Source: an uncultured Actinomycetes bacterium
GTDB taxonomy: Bacteria > Actinomycetota > Thermoleophilia > UBA2241
DNA length: 64,000 nt
Reading direction: 5' to 3'
Assembly (NCBI GenBank): GCA_963725665.1
Contig: CAVRZA010000002.1
Coordinates: 32,001-96,000 of the forward strand
The notes under the pieces were generated by a model. It ran no database searches and was not told the origin of the DNA. It saw nothing but the letters and a program-made list of their open reading frames with translations. A program made the position numbers and the translations under genes. This document shows, piece by piece, positions 18,393 through 27,642 of the stretch; within the stretch, counting starts at the first letter, position 1, and each line of letters begins with the position of its first letter.

Positions 18393-19227
18393 TCGCGGGC
18401 CAGGCGGAGCCAAGCGGGAGGGGGGAGGCGTCGACCGCCGGCCGGAGCGGGAGAGCGTCGATCCTCGGCGGGAGCGGGAGGGCGTCGACCGGCGGCCGGA
18501 GCGAATCGAGGCCATGTTCGGCAGCATCGCGGCCCGCTACGACCTCATGAACCGGCTCATGACGGCAGGACTCGACCGGCGCTGGCGGCGCGCGGCCGCG
18601 GGAGCGGCCGACCTGCCGCCAGCGCAGCCGGCGCTCGACGTCTGCTGCGGCACCGGCGACCTCGTACTAGCGCTCGCCCGGCGGTACCCCCGCAGTCGCG
18701 TGACCGGCGTCGACTTCAGCGAGGAGATGCTGCGGCTGGCCGTCGTCAAGGCCGAGCGTGCGGGCCTCGCCGACTCCGTGGAGCTCGTGCGCGGCGATCT
18801 GCTCGAGCTGCCTTTCCCCGACGACTCGTTCGCGGCTACCACCGTCGCCTTCGGCGTGCGCAACGTGACCGACCTGCCGCGCGCCTTTGCCGAGATGGCG
18901 CGCGTCACCCGTCCTGGCGGCCGGGTCGTCTGCCTCGAGATCACCTCGCCGCCCAGCGGCTCGGGACGGCGCTTCCATGAGCTCTGGTTCGATCGCCTCG
19001 TGCCGGCGCTGGGACGGTTGGTGGCCGAGGATGGCGCCGCCTACGCCTACCTGCCGGCATCGGTGCGCGCCTTCCCCTCGGCCGAACGCCTCTCGCTCGT
19101 CATGCTCGAGGCGGGGCTCACGGGCGTGCACTTCGTGCGCTTCGGCTTCGGCATCATCGCCATGCACGTGGGGCACATGCCGGGCTCGGGTGCGGGTCGC
19201 GACGGCGGCCCGATGGAGATTGCGTGA
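18382..19227 (+). CDS. menG: demethylmenaquinone methyltransferase UbiE/MenG
   Basis: MFGSIAARYDLMN, LDVCCGTGD, FGVRNV, RVTRPGG, YAYLPASV. Confidence 0.92.
   Translation: MTTDRGPGGAKREGGGVDRRPERESVDPRREREGVDRRPERIEAMFGSIAARYDLMNRLMTAGLDRRWRRAAAGAADLPPAQPALDVCCGTGDLVLALARRYPRSRVTGVDFSEEMLRLAVVKAERAGLADSVELVRGDLLELPFPDDSFAATTVAFGVRNVTDLPRAFAEMARVTRPGGRVVCLEITSPPSGSGRRFHELWFDRLVPALGRLVAEDGAAYAYLPASVRAFPSAERLSLVMLEAGLTGVHFVRFGFGIIAMHVGHMPGSGAGRDGGPMEIA
18415..18505 (+). repeat. ~3 copies of a 27-bp in-frame tandem repeat in the menG 5' end
   Basis: Encodes VDRRPERES / VDPRREREG / VDRRPER. Confidence 0.8.
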
Positions 19228-20210
19228 TGCCGTCGTCGCTGCTCCTTGCTTGGCGCTCGGCAGCGCAGAAGCGCCGTATCACGGACGGTCTCGGGCGTGT
19301 GGAGGAGCTGCTCGCGGAGGTCGCCGGGCAGTATCCGGGAAGCCTCGGCGAGGCCTGCCTCTCGACCCTCGATGCCGGCGGCAAGCGCGTGCGGCCGGCG
19401 CTCGTGCTGCTCGCCGCGCGCAGGACCGGCCCGCTGGGCGGGCCGGTCCTGCGCGCGGCGGCCTCGGTCGAGCTGCTGCACATGGCGACGCTGGTGCACG
19501 ACGACGTGCTCGACGGCGCGGTGCTGCGGCGCGGCCGGCCCACGGTCGCGGCCCAGTCGGGCGTCGGAACGGCCGTCTCGACCGGCAACTACCTTCTCGC
19601 CGAAGCCTTCGCCCAGCTGGCCGCGACCGGCGACGGCCGCGCCGTCGACCTCCTCAGCGGCGTCGCGCTGGGGCTTTCGGAGGGCGAGCTGCTGCAGATG
19701 GACGGCGCCTTCGACGTCACCCTCACGATCGACGACTACTTGCTGCGCTGCCGCCTAAAGACGGCAAACCTCTTCGCCGCTTCGGGGGAGCTCGGAGCGC
19801 TCCTCTCGGGGGTCGACGACGAGAGCGTCGCCGCCTTGGGCGAGTACGGGGAGAGCCTGGGCGTGGCCTTCCAGATCTTCGACGACATCCTGGACTTCTC
19901 GGGCGACGAAGCACGCACCGGCAAGCGCGTGGGCACCGACCTGCGCGACGGTACCGTGACGCTGCCGATCCTGCTTGCCCTCGAGCGACGCCCGCGCCTG
20001 GCGCCGCTTCTCGCGGAATGCGAGGGCTGCGAGGAGCGCGTCGGTGCCATTGTGGCCGAGATCATCGCCAGCGGGGCTCTCGAACGAGCGCGCGAGGTGG
20101 CGCTCGAACACATCGCGCAGGCGCGCGCCGTCCTCTCTCGCTGCAGCGATGAGGTCGAGAGGGACCTGCTTGGGCAGGTCGCCGGCTCCGTGGTGGATCG
20201 CTTCAGCTGA
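19224..20210 (+). CDS. polyprenyl diphosphate synthase (HepT/IspB family)
   Basis: GGKRVRP, LVHDDVLD..RRG, KTA, FQIFDDILD, GKRVGTDL. Confidence 0.93.
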   Translation: MMPSSLLLAWRSAAQKRRITDGLGRVEELLAEVAGQYPGSLGEACLSTLDAGGKRVRPALVLLAARRTGPLGGPVLRAAASVELLHMATLVHDDVLDGAVLRRGRPTVAAQSGVGTAVSTGNYLLAEAFAQLAATGDGRAVDLLSGVALGLSEGELLQMDGAFDVTLTIDDYLLRCRLKTANLFAASGELGALLSGVDDESVAALGEYGESLGVAFQIFDDILDFSGDEARTGKRVGTDLRDGTVTLPILLALERRPRLAPLLAECEGCEERVGAIVAEIIASGALERAREVALEHIAQARAVLSRCSDEVERDLLGQVAGSVVDRFS

Positions 20211-20374
20211 AGTGCCGAGCCGGTTCGCACCCGCCTAGGCGACGCCGAGACGTTTCGCACGCGCCCCAGAGCCGGCTGAGACGCCTCGCACCCGTATCAG
20301 CGGCGGTAGAATAGGGCCTCACCGAGCGACGGACCGGCGCCCGACAGCGCCGTCACTACGACTGGAGCGATCTC

Positions 20375-21502
20375 ATGGACAGCGAGTCGATCTCGCGCCT
20401 TGCTGCGCGTGCCGGCCTGGAGCGTATCTGGGAGAAGGTCGAGGAGGGCGAGCGCCTCACCGAAGGCGAGGCGCTCGCCCTCCTCGACAGCGACGACATC
20501 CTCGCCCTCGGCGCGCTGGCCGACTTCGCCAGACAGCGGACGGTAGGCGACGAGGTCTACTTCATCTGCAACCGCCACATCAACCACACCAACGTGTGCA
20601 AGAACCGCTGCCTGTTCTGCGCCTTCTCCCACGACGACGGCGACGCTGAGGCGTACACCCTGTCCGTCGATGAGGTGATCGAGAAGGCGCGCGAGTCGCT
20701 CACGGGGTCGATCACCGAGATCCACATCGTCGGCGGGGAGCACCCGACACTGCCCTACCACTACTACCTCGAGATGCTGCGCGGTCTGCGCGCGCTGGCT
20801 CCCGACGTACACATCCAGGCCTTCACGGCGAGCGAGATCGCGCACCTTGCCGACGTCGCCGGCAAAGACGTGCCCACGGTGCTGAGGGAGCTCAAGGAGG
20901 CCGGGCTCGGCTCGCTGCCCGGAGGCGGCGCCGAGGTGTTCGCCGGCCGCGTACGCGACCTGGTCTGCAACAAGAAGATCAGCGGCCAGCGCTGGCTCGG
21001 GATCATGCGCGAGGCGCATCGGATCGGTCTGAAGTCGAACGCGACCATGCTCTACGGACACGTCGAGACGCACGCCGAGCTCGCCGATCACCTGCTCCGC
21101 CTGCGCGAGCTGCAGGACGAGACCTCCGGCTTCAACGCCTTCATCCCGCTCTCGTTCCAGCCCTACGAGACGCAGCTCGCCGACCTGCCGGCGCCGACCG
21201 GCTACGACGACCTCAAGATGCTCGCCGTCGGGCGTCTGGTGCTCGACAACTTCAAGCACGTGAAGGCCTTCTGGATCAACGTCGGCGTCAAGCTCGCCCA
21301 GGTGTCGCTCGCCTTCGGCGTCGACGACCTCGACGGCACGGTGGTGGAGGAGCGCATCAGTCACTCCGCCGGCGCCCAGACCGACCAGGTGATCCCGCGA
21401 GAGGAGCTCGTGCGGCTCATTCGCGACGCGGGGCGCATCCCCGTCGAGCGCGACACGCTCTACAACGTGGTGCGTCGCTACGACGAGCCGGTGCTCGCGT
21501 GA
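20375..21502 (+). CDS. mqnE: aminofutalosine synthase (radical SAM)
   Basis: NHTNVCKNRCLFCAF, EIHIVGG, SNATMLYGHVET, HVKAFW, DDLDGTVVEERI. Confidence 0.92.
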   Translation: MDSESISRLAARAGLERIWEKVEEGERLTEGEALALLDSDDILALGALADFARQRTVGDEVYFICNRHINHTNVCKNRCLFCAFSHDDGDAEAYTLSVDEVIEKARESLTGSITEIHIVGGEHPTLPYHYYLEMLRGLRALAPDVHIQAFTASEIAHLADVAGKDVPTVLRELKEAGLGSLPGGGAEVFAGRVRDLVCNKKISGQRWLGIMREAHRIGLKSNATMLYGHVETHAELADHLLRLRELQDETSGFNAFIPLSFQPYETQLADLPAPTGYDDLKMLAVGRLVLDNFKHVKAFWINVGVKLAQVSLAFGVDDLDGTVVEERISHSAGAQTDQVIPREELVRLIRDAGRIPVERDTLYNVVRRYDEPVLA

Positions 21503-22383
21503 GCTCACGGGCGACGGCCCGCGAGGTTGGCGGCGACGGCGCGCATGCGGCCGTCCGCGTGGGGCGCATCGAGTTCATCAACTGCTTTCCCCTCTACTTG
21601 CACTTCGAGGAGGAGCTGGCGCGCCGCGGAGCTGCCGCCAAGGTCGTCGCCGGCACGCCGGCGGAGCTCAACCGTCTGCTCGTGGGGGGCGAGATCGACG
21701 TCGCGTTGCCGTCGTCGATCGAGTTCGCGCGGCACGCCGACGTCCTGACGCTCCTGCCCCGCGCGTCGATCAGTTCGTTCGGAGCTGTGGACTCTATCCA
21801 GCTCTTCGGCCGCGTGCCCCGTGAGAAGCTGCGCAGCGTCGCGCTGACCGAGAAGAGCGCCACCTCGGTCACGCTGCTGAAGGTCCTGGCGGGGGAGTGG
21901 GGAAGCGAGATGACCTTCGTGCCGCGGGTACCCGGTGAGCGGCTCGCCGAGGTCATGCAGCACCACGACGGCGTGCTCCTGATCGGTGACGACGCCCTGC
22001 ACATCCTGCGTGCCGAGGTCTACCCGTACCACTACGACCTGGGTGAGGAATGGCGCCGCCTCACCGGCCTGCCGATGGTGTATGCGGTGTGCGCTGCGCG
22101 ACGCGACTTCGTGGCCGCCTCGACGGCGGCCGCGGCCGCCGTCGAGGCGGCTCTGGTCGCGTCGCGCGACCGCTGTGCCGCCGATCGCGCGGCGACCGCC
22201 GCCGCCGCGGCGCGTCTCTACGACTTCAGCCAGGCCTTCCTCGAGGGCTACTTCGACCGCCTCAAGTTCGGCTTCACCGATGAGTACCGGCGCGGCCTGG
22301 CGGAGTTCTACCGTCGGTCGATCGCGATCGGCGAGGTCGAGACGGCGCCCGATCTGGCGTCGTCGGCCGTCACCGTGGCGTGA
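21499..22383 (+). CDS. mqnA: chorismate dehydratase
   Basis: VGRIEFINCFP, GTPAELN, SATSV, LLIGDDAL, DLGEEW..LTGLPMVYAV. Confidence 0.92.
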   Translation: MSSRATAREVGGDGAHAAVRVGRIEFINCFPLYLHFEEELARRGAAAKVVAGTPAELNRLLVGGEIDVALPSSIEFARHADVLTLLPRASISSFGAVDSIQLFGRVPREKLRSVALTEKSATSVTLLKVLAGEWGSEMTFVPRVPGERLAEVMQHHDGVLLIGDDALHILRAEVYPYHYDLGEEWRRLTGLPMVYAVCAARRDFVAASTAAAAAVEAALVASRDRCAADRAATAAAAARLYDFSQAFLEGYFDRLKFGFTDEYRRGLAEFYRRSIAIGEVETAPDLASSAVTVA

Positions 22384-22423
22384 CCGTGGCGCCTCGCGCC
22401 CAGTCGGTCGCGGGCGGGACGCC

Positions 22424-23464
22424 GTGAGCGGGCGCCTGGACGACGAGCAGGCGCTCGACCTGCTCCTGCACGGGGATCTGCTCGAGCTCGGCGCCCGCGC
22501 GGGCGAGGTCCGGCGGCGGCTGCACCCCGGCGTTGAGGTCACGTTCATCGTCGACCGCAACATCAACTACACCGACTACTGCCTCTCGGGGTGCCGCTTC
22601 TGCGCCTTCTACAAGAAGCCGGGAAGCGGAGAGGGCTACCTCCTGGCCGAGGAGGACATCCACCGCAAGATCGATGAGACGCTGGCGCTCGGCGGGACCG
22701 CGATCATGATGCAGGGAGGGCTGAACCCTGATCTCGACATCTGCTGGTTCGAGAAAGTCTTCAGCGGCATCCGCGAGCGCTACCCGCAGGTGCACCTGCA
22801 CTGCCTCTCGCCGCCGGAGGTGGTCCACATCGCGCGGCAGAGCGGCCTTGCGATCGACGAGACGCTGCGCCGCCTCCGGGCCGCCGGCCTCGACTCGCTG
22901 CCCGGAGGGGGCGCAGAGGTGCTCGTCGATCGCGTGCGCGGCGAGATCAGCCCGCACAAGATCCCCACCGACACGTGGCTCGAGGTCATGCGCCTCGCGC
23001 ACGGTCTCGGCATGAAGACGACCGCGACCATGATGTTCGGCTCGCTCGACACGCCGGCCGAACGCGTCGAGCACCTGCGCCGCATCCGCGACCTGCAGGA
23101 TGCGACGGGAGGGTTCACGGCCTTCATCCCGTGGACCTTCCAGGCGGGCAACACCGAGCTCGAGAGGGGTCATCTGCCGGCCACGGGCGTCGAGTACCTG
23201 CGTCTGCTCGCGGTCAGCAGGCTGTACCTCGACAACGTGCCCAACGTCCAGGCGTCGTGGGTCACGCAGGGGGTCAAGATGGGACAGGTGGCCCTCGCCT
23301 TCGGCGCCAACGACATGGGCTCGACGATGATCGAGGAGAACGTCGTCAAGGCGGCGGGTGTGAGCCACACCATCACCGTCGACGAGATGGTGCGGCTCAT
23401 CCGCGCCGCCGGTTTCAGGCCGGCGCAGCGCGACACGCTATATCGCGCGGTCCGTCCCTACTGA
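22424..23464 (+). CDS. mqnC: cyclic dehypoxanthinyl futalosine synthase (radical SAM)
   Basis: VTFIVDRNINYTDYCLSGCRFCAFY, TATMMFG, AFIPWTFQ, QASWVTQG, GANDMGSTMIEENVV; start approximate. Confidence 0.92.
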   Translation: MSGRLDDEQALDLLLHGDLLELGARAGEVRRRLHPGVEVTFIVDRNINYTDYCLSGCRFCAFYKKPGSGEGYLLAEEDIHRKIDETLALGGTAIMMQGGLNPDLDICWFEKVFSGIRERYPQVHLHCLSPPEVVHIARQSGLAIDETLRRLRAAGLDSLPGGGAEVLVDRVRGEISPHKIPTDTWLEVMRLAHGLGMKTTATMMFGSLDTPAERVEHLRRIRDLQDATGGFTAFIPWTFQAGNTELERGHLPATGVEYLRLLAVSRLYLDNVPNVQASWVTQGVKMGQVALAFGANDMGSTMIEENVVKAAGVSHTITVDEMVRLIRAAGFRPAQRDTLYRAVRPY

Positions 23465-23734
23465 TCGCTGGCGCGCCGCGAGTCACAGGCGGCGGGCATG
23501 CGCCTCGCTCGCGCCGGCAAACCTCTCGCGAGCCTGCGCGACGGCGCTCCTGGCCAGTCGGACCGCAGCGCCGCCCTGTCCGGTCAATCTTGTGGCCGGC
23601 GTCCTTCGTCCATGGGCAGGCCCCCGCTCGTAGACGTTGCCTAGGTGCGCCTGCCGCGCCGCGATAGCATAGGTCGGCGAAGGTCGGCGGCCGCTCACAA
23701 CGGCTGTCCGTCAGCGGCTCGGCGCAGGGGGTGC

Positions 23735-25006
23735 GTGGTGAGACAGCAGTGCTTCTGGACCAGGGATTGGCCGGCCGAGAGTACCATCGAGGCGGTCACG
23801 CCGCCGACGGAGGTCGACGTCGCTGTCATCGGCGCCGGCCTGACCGGGCTCTCGGCCGCCCTTACGCTCGCCCGCGGAGGAGCGAGCGTGGCCGTCTTCG
23901 ACACGCACGCGGTGGGCTGGGGCGCCTCGAGCCGCAACGGCGGCATGGTGTCGGGCAGCGCCAAGCGCGGTCTGGCGCAGTGGATCGCCGACTACGGGCG
24001 CGAGCGGGCCCACGCCATGTGGCGAGCCACGCACGAGGCCGTCGACCTCGTCGACGACCTCGTCCGGCGCGAGAAGATTGACTGCGACTGGTCGATGACG
24101 GGCGCTTTCACCGCCGCGTGGAAGGCGGAGCACTTCGGGCGCCTCGCCGAGGAGCAGCGTTTTCTCTTGAACGAGGTCGGTCACGAGACCGTCCTGGTGG
24201 CGCCCAAAGACGTGGAGCAAGAGGTGGGCACGCAGCGCTACTATGGCGGCCTCGTGGACGAGCACGCGGGCCTTCTCGATCCGGCGCGCTACACGCGCGG
24301 CCTCGCAGATGCCGCCCGCTCCGCCGGGGCTCACATCTGCGAGCTCACCACAGTTCAGGCCATCACGCCCGGCCCGAAGGGACGCCATCTGACGACGTCG
24401 AGAGGCGCGGTCGACGCGGCCGAGGTCCTGGTGGCGACGAACGGCTACACGGGTGAGGTGACCCCGCGTCTGCGGCGCTCGGTCATCCCCATCGGGAGCC
24501 ACATCATCGCCACCGAGCCGCTCGGCCGCGACCTCGCCGCGAAGCTCATCCCGCACCGGCGCATGGTCTCCGACACAAAGTACATGCTCTACTACTTCAG
24601 TCTCTCGCCTGACGACCGCATGCTGTTCGGCGGGCGCGCCGCCTATCGCACGGTGTCGACACTGAAGAGCGGAGCGATCCTGCAGCGCAAGATGCTCGAG
24701 CTCTTCCCGGAGCTCGCCCCGATGACCGTGGAGTACACGTGGGACGGCTACGTCGGCTTCACCTGGGACTGGGATCCCGTGGTCGGCCGCGTCGATGGCC
24801 TCTTCTGCTCGCTGGGATACTGCGGCCACGGCGTGGCCTTGGGGACCTACCTCGGCGACCGGGTAGCGCGGGCCATCGCGGGAGAGCCGGTCGAGAACCC
24901 CTTCTTCGACCTGCGGACTCCGCCGACCAACCCCGTCTACCGCGGCAGGCCCTGGTTCTTGCCTCTGGGCGACCTCTACTACCGGGCGAAGGACAAGGTC
25001 TCATAG
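23735..25006 (+). CDS. FAD-dependent amine oxidoreductase (DAO/PuuB-like)
   Basis: IGAGLTGLSAA, GASSRNGG, LVATNGY, GYCGHGVA; start approximate. Confidence 0.85.
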   Translation: MVRQQCFWTRDWPAESTIEAVTPPTEVDVAVIGAGLTGLSAALTLARGGASVAVFDTHAVGWGASSRNGGMVSGSAKRGLAQWIADYGRERAHAMWRATHEAVDLVDDLVRREKIDCDWSMTGAFTAAWKAEHFGRLAEEQRFLLNEVGHETVLVAPKDVEQEVGTQRYYGGLVDEHAGLLDPARYTRGLADAARSAGAHICELTTVQAITPGPKGRHLTTSRGAVDAAEVLVATNGYTGEVTPRLRRSVIPIGSHIIATEPLGRDLAAKLIPHRRMVSDTKYMLYYFSLSPDDRMLFGGRAAYRTVSTLKSGAILQRKMLELFPELAPMTVEYTWDGYVGFTWDWDPVVGRVDGLFCSLGYCGHGVALGTYLGDRVARAIAGEPVENPFFDLRTPPTNPVYRGRPWFLPLGDLYYRAKDKVS

Positions 25007-25124
25007 GCACCGAGACAGGTCGGCACGAAGATTGGCGGTCGGGGGGCTCGTCTGGGGCGTCCGGTGCTCCTGCGTGGCCGGCAACGCTTGTCTCTCTTGC
25101 TCGCCCGGGGCTTTTGCGGCAAAC

Positions 25125-25142
25125 TTGTGAAGGCCAGAACAA
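25125..25142. promoter_or_regulatory. possible Rex-like site TTGTGAAGGCCAGAACAA upstream of hdrA
   Basis: Perfect left half TTGTGAA, degenerate right half. Confidence 0.4.
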
Positions 25143-25255
25143 GTCTGGCGATTTTGCGGCCCGCGTCCACGTTTCGCAGAGGCCGCGGGCCTGCAACTGA
25201 CGGACGTGGAGTGTAAGATTCTTCGTCGTTCTCCTCTCGCTGACCGGAGTCTCCT

Positions 25256-27217
25256 ATGCGCATAGGCGTTTTCGTTTGTCGCTGCGGTAGCAACATCGCC
25301 GGGACGGTCGACACTGCGGCCGTCGCCGAACGCATGCTGCACGAGCCCAACGTCGTCCACTCCGAGGACGTCACCTATTCCTGCTCGCAGCCCGGGCAGG
25401 ATGCGATCAAGAACGCCATCCACGAGAAGGGCCTGACGCGCGTCGTCGTCGCCTCGTGCTCGCCGCGCATGCACGAGCCGACGTTCCGGCGCGCCGTGGC
25501 CGAGGGCGGGCTCAACCCCTACCTCATGGACATGGTGAACATCCGTGAGCAGTGCTCGTGGATCCACGACGACAAGGACGTCGCGACCGCCAAGGCGATC
25601 GACCTCGTGCTCATGGGCATCGAGCGCGTGCGCCGCCAGCGCGAGTTGCAGTCGAGCACGGCGCCGATCACCAAGCGTGCGCTGGTCATCGGCGGCGGCG
25701 TCGCCGGCATCCAGGCTGCGCTCGATATCGCCGACTCCGGCATCCCCGTCGCGCTCGTCGACCGTGACGTCACCATCGGCGGCAAGATGGCCAAGCTCGA
25801 CAAGACCTTCCCCACCCTCGACTGCTCGGCCTGCATCCTCACGCCGCGCATGGTCGAGGCGGCCCAGCACCCGAACATCACCCTCATGACCTACTCCGAG
25901 GTCGTCGAGGTGCGCGGCTACGTGGGCAACTTCCAGGTCGACATCAAGCACAAGGCGGCCTACGTCGACTTCGACAAGTGCGTCGGCTGCGGGATCTGCG
26001 AGGAGAAGTGCCCAAGGAAGGCGCCCGACCTCTTCAACGGCGGCGACTACAAGTCCAAGGCGATCTACATCCCCTTCCCGCAGGCGGTCCCCAAGGTCGC
26101 CGTGCTGCGACCCGAGTACTGCACGTACTTCGAGAAGGGCAAGTGCAAGGTCTGCCAGAAGTTCTGTGAGGCCGGCGCGATCGACTACGAGCAGCAGGAC
26201 CGTGTCGTCACCGAGGAGTTCGGCGCTATCGTGGTCGCCACCGGCTACGACCTCTTCGACTACACCAAGTACTACCCCGAGTACGGCATGGGCCGCTTCA
26301 AGAACGTGATCAGCGGCCTCGAGTACGAGCGCCTCATGTGCGCCTCGGGACCGACGCAGGGTCACATCGTCAAGGCCGGCGACGGCGAAGAGCCCAAGAC
26401 GGTCGTCTTCGTGCAGTGCGTCGGCTCGCGCGACGACAAGGTGGGCCGCCCGTACTGCTCCGGCGTCTGCTGCATGTACACCGCGAAGCAGGCGATCATG
26501 ACCAAGGAGCACGACCCGGAGGCGCACACCTACGTCTTCTACATCGACATCCGCGCCGGCGGCAAAGGCTATGAGGACTTCGTCACCCGTGCCCAGTCGG
26601 AGTACGGCGTGACCTACATCCGTGGCCGTGTGGCCAAGATCTACGAACAAGACGGCAAGACTATGGTGCGCGGTGAGGACACGCTGCTCGGCGAACAAGT
26701 CGAGATCGCCGCCGACCTCGTCGTGCTGGCGACGGGCATCGAGCCCAGCGAAGGAGCCAAGCAGCTCGCCTCGACGCTGCACTGCTCGAGCGACGGCTAC
26801 GGCTTCTTCACCGAGAGTCACCCCAAGCTGCGCCCGGTCGAGACGCAGACTGCCGGCGTCTTCCTCGCCGGCTGCGCCATCGCGCCGCGCGACATCCCGT
26901 CCTCGGTCGCCGACGGCTCGGCGGCTGCGTCCAAGGCGACACAGCTCCTGCTCAAGGATTTCATGGTGACCAACCCGCAGACCTCGCGCGTCGACCGCTC
27001 GCGCTGCATCGGCTGCTACAAGTGCGCTGAGGTTTGCCCCTACAGCGCCATCGAGAAGGTCGAGGACATCGACGGGCGACCCGTGGCCAACGTGCTCTCG
27101 ACCGTCTGCCAAGGCTGCGGCCTGTGCGTCGCCGCCTGCACGACGGGCGCCATGACCCTGGAGGGGTTCACGAGCGAGCAGCTCATCGCGGAGGTGGAGA
27201 GCCTGTGCCGCTTGTAG
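25256..27217 (+). CDS. hdrA: heterodisulfide reductase subunit A-like flavoprotein
   Basis: RIGVFVCRCGSNI, CSPRMHE, NIREQCSW, GGGVAGI, DKTFPTLDCSACI, QCVGSRD, CSGVCCMY, ESHPKLRPVE, ferredoxin motifs. Confidence 0.95.
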   Translation: MRIGVFVCRCGSNIAGTVDTAAVAERMLHEPNVVHSEDVTYSCSQPGQDAIKNAIHEKGLTRVVVASCSPRMHEPTFRRAVAEGGLNPYLMDMVNIREQCSWIHDDKDVATAKAIDLVLMGIERVRRQRELQSSTAPITKRALVIGGGVAGIQAALDIADSGIPVALVDRDVTIGGKMAKLDKTFPTLDCSACILTPRMVEAAQHPNITLMTYSEVVEVRGYVGNFQVDIKHKAAYVDFDKCVGCGICEEKCPRKAPDLFNGGDYKSKAIYIPFPQAVPKVAVLRPEYCTYFEKGKCKVCQKFCEAGAIDYEQQDRVVTEEFGAIVVATGYDLFDYTKYYPEYGMGRFKNVISGLEYERLMCASGPTQGHIVKAGDGEEPKTVVFVQCVGSRDDKVGRPYCSGVCCMYTAKQAIMTKEHDPEAHTYVFYIDIRAGGKGYEDFVTRAQSEYGVTYIRGRVAKIYEQDGKTMVRGEDTLLGEQVEIAADLVVLATGIEPSEGAKQLASTLHCSSDGYGFFTESHPKLRPVETQTAGVFLAGCAIAPRDIPSSVADGSAAASKATQLLLKDFMVTNPQTSRVDRSRCIGCYKCAEVCPYSAIEKVEDIDGRPVANVLSTVCQGCGLCVAACTTGAMTLEGFTSEQLIAEVESLCRL

Positions 27218-27642
27218 CCGAGACCAAGAAGAGGGTCGTCAAAGATAAGCCGACCATCGTCGCCTTCCTCTGCAACTGGTGCTCCTACGCGGGCGCCGAC
27301 ATGGCCGGCACGTCGCGCTTCAAGCAGCCGGCCGACATCCGCATCATCCGCGTGCCCTGCTCGGGGCGCCTCGACTGGCTGCTGCTCGCCAAAGCATTCA
27401 AGGAGGGTGCCGACGGGGTGCTGGTGAGCGGCTGCCATCCCGGCGACTGCCACTACACCGAGGGCAACTACCACGCCCGTCGCAAGCTCGAGGGGCTCAA
27501 GCGCTACCTGCCGCTTTTCGGCATCGAGGAGGGCCGCTTCGAGTACACGTGGGTGAGCGCCTCCGAGGGAAAGCGCTGGTCCGAGGTGGTCGAGGGGTTC
27601 ACGAACCAGATCCACGCACTCGGCGTGAGGCGGGCGGGATGA
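27205..27642 (+). CDS. mvhD: MvhD/FlxD [2Fe-2S] subunit
   Basis: FLCNWCSYAGAD, RVPCSGR, GCHPGDCHY..GN, WVSASEG. Confidence 0.92.
   Translation: MPLVAETKKRVVKDKPTIVAFLCNWCSYAGADMAGTSRFKQPADIRIIRVPCSGRLDWLLLAKAFKEGADGVLVSGCHPGDCHYTEGNYHARRKLEGLKRYLPLFGIEEGRFEYTWVSASEGKRWSEVVEGFTNQIHALGVRRAG

Noticed and set aside
6111-20300. CRISPR array or mobile element among the short repeats
   Set aside because: Repeats are imperfect, few and lack unique spacers; no cas, transposase or integrase genes in the window
25256-27642. Possible selenocysteine in HdrA/MvhD
   Set aside because: All relevant positions are Cys codons and there are no in-frame TGAs
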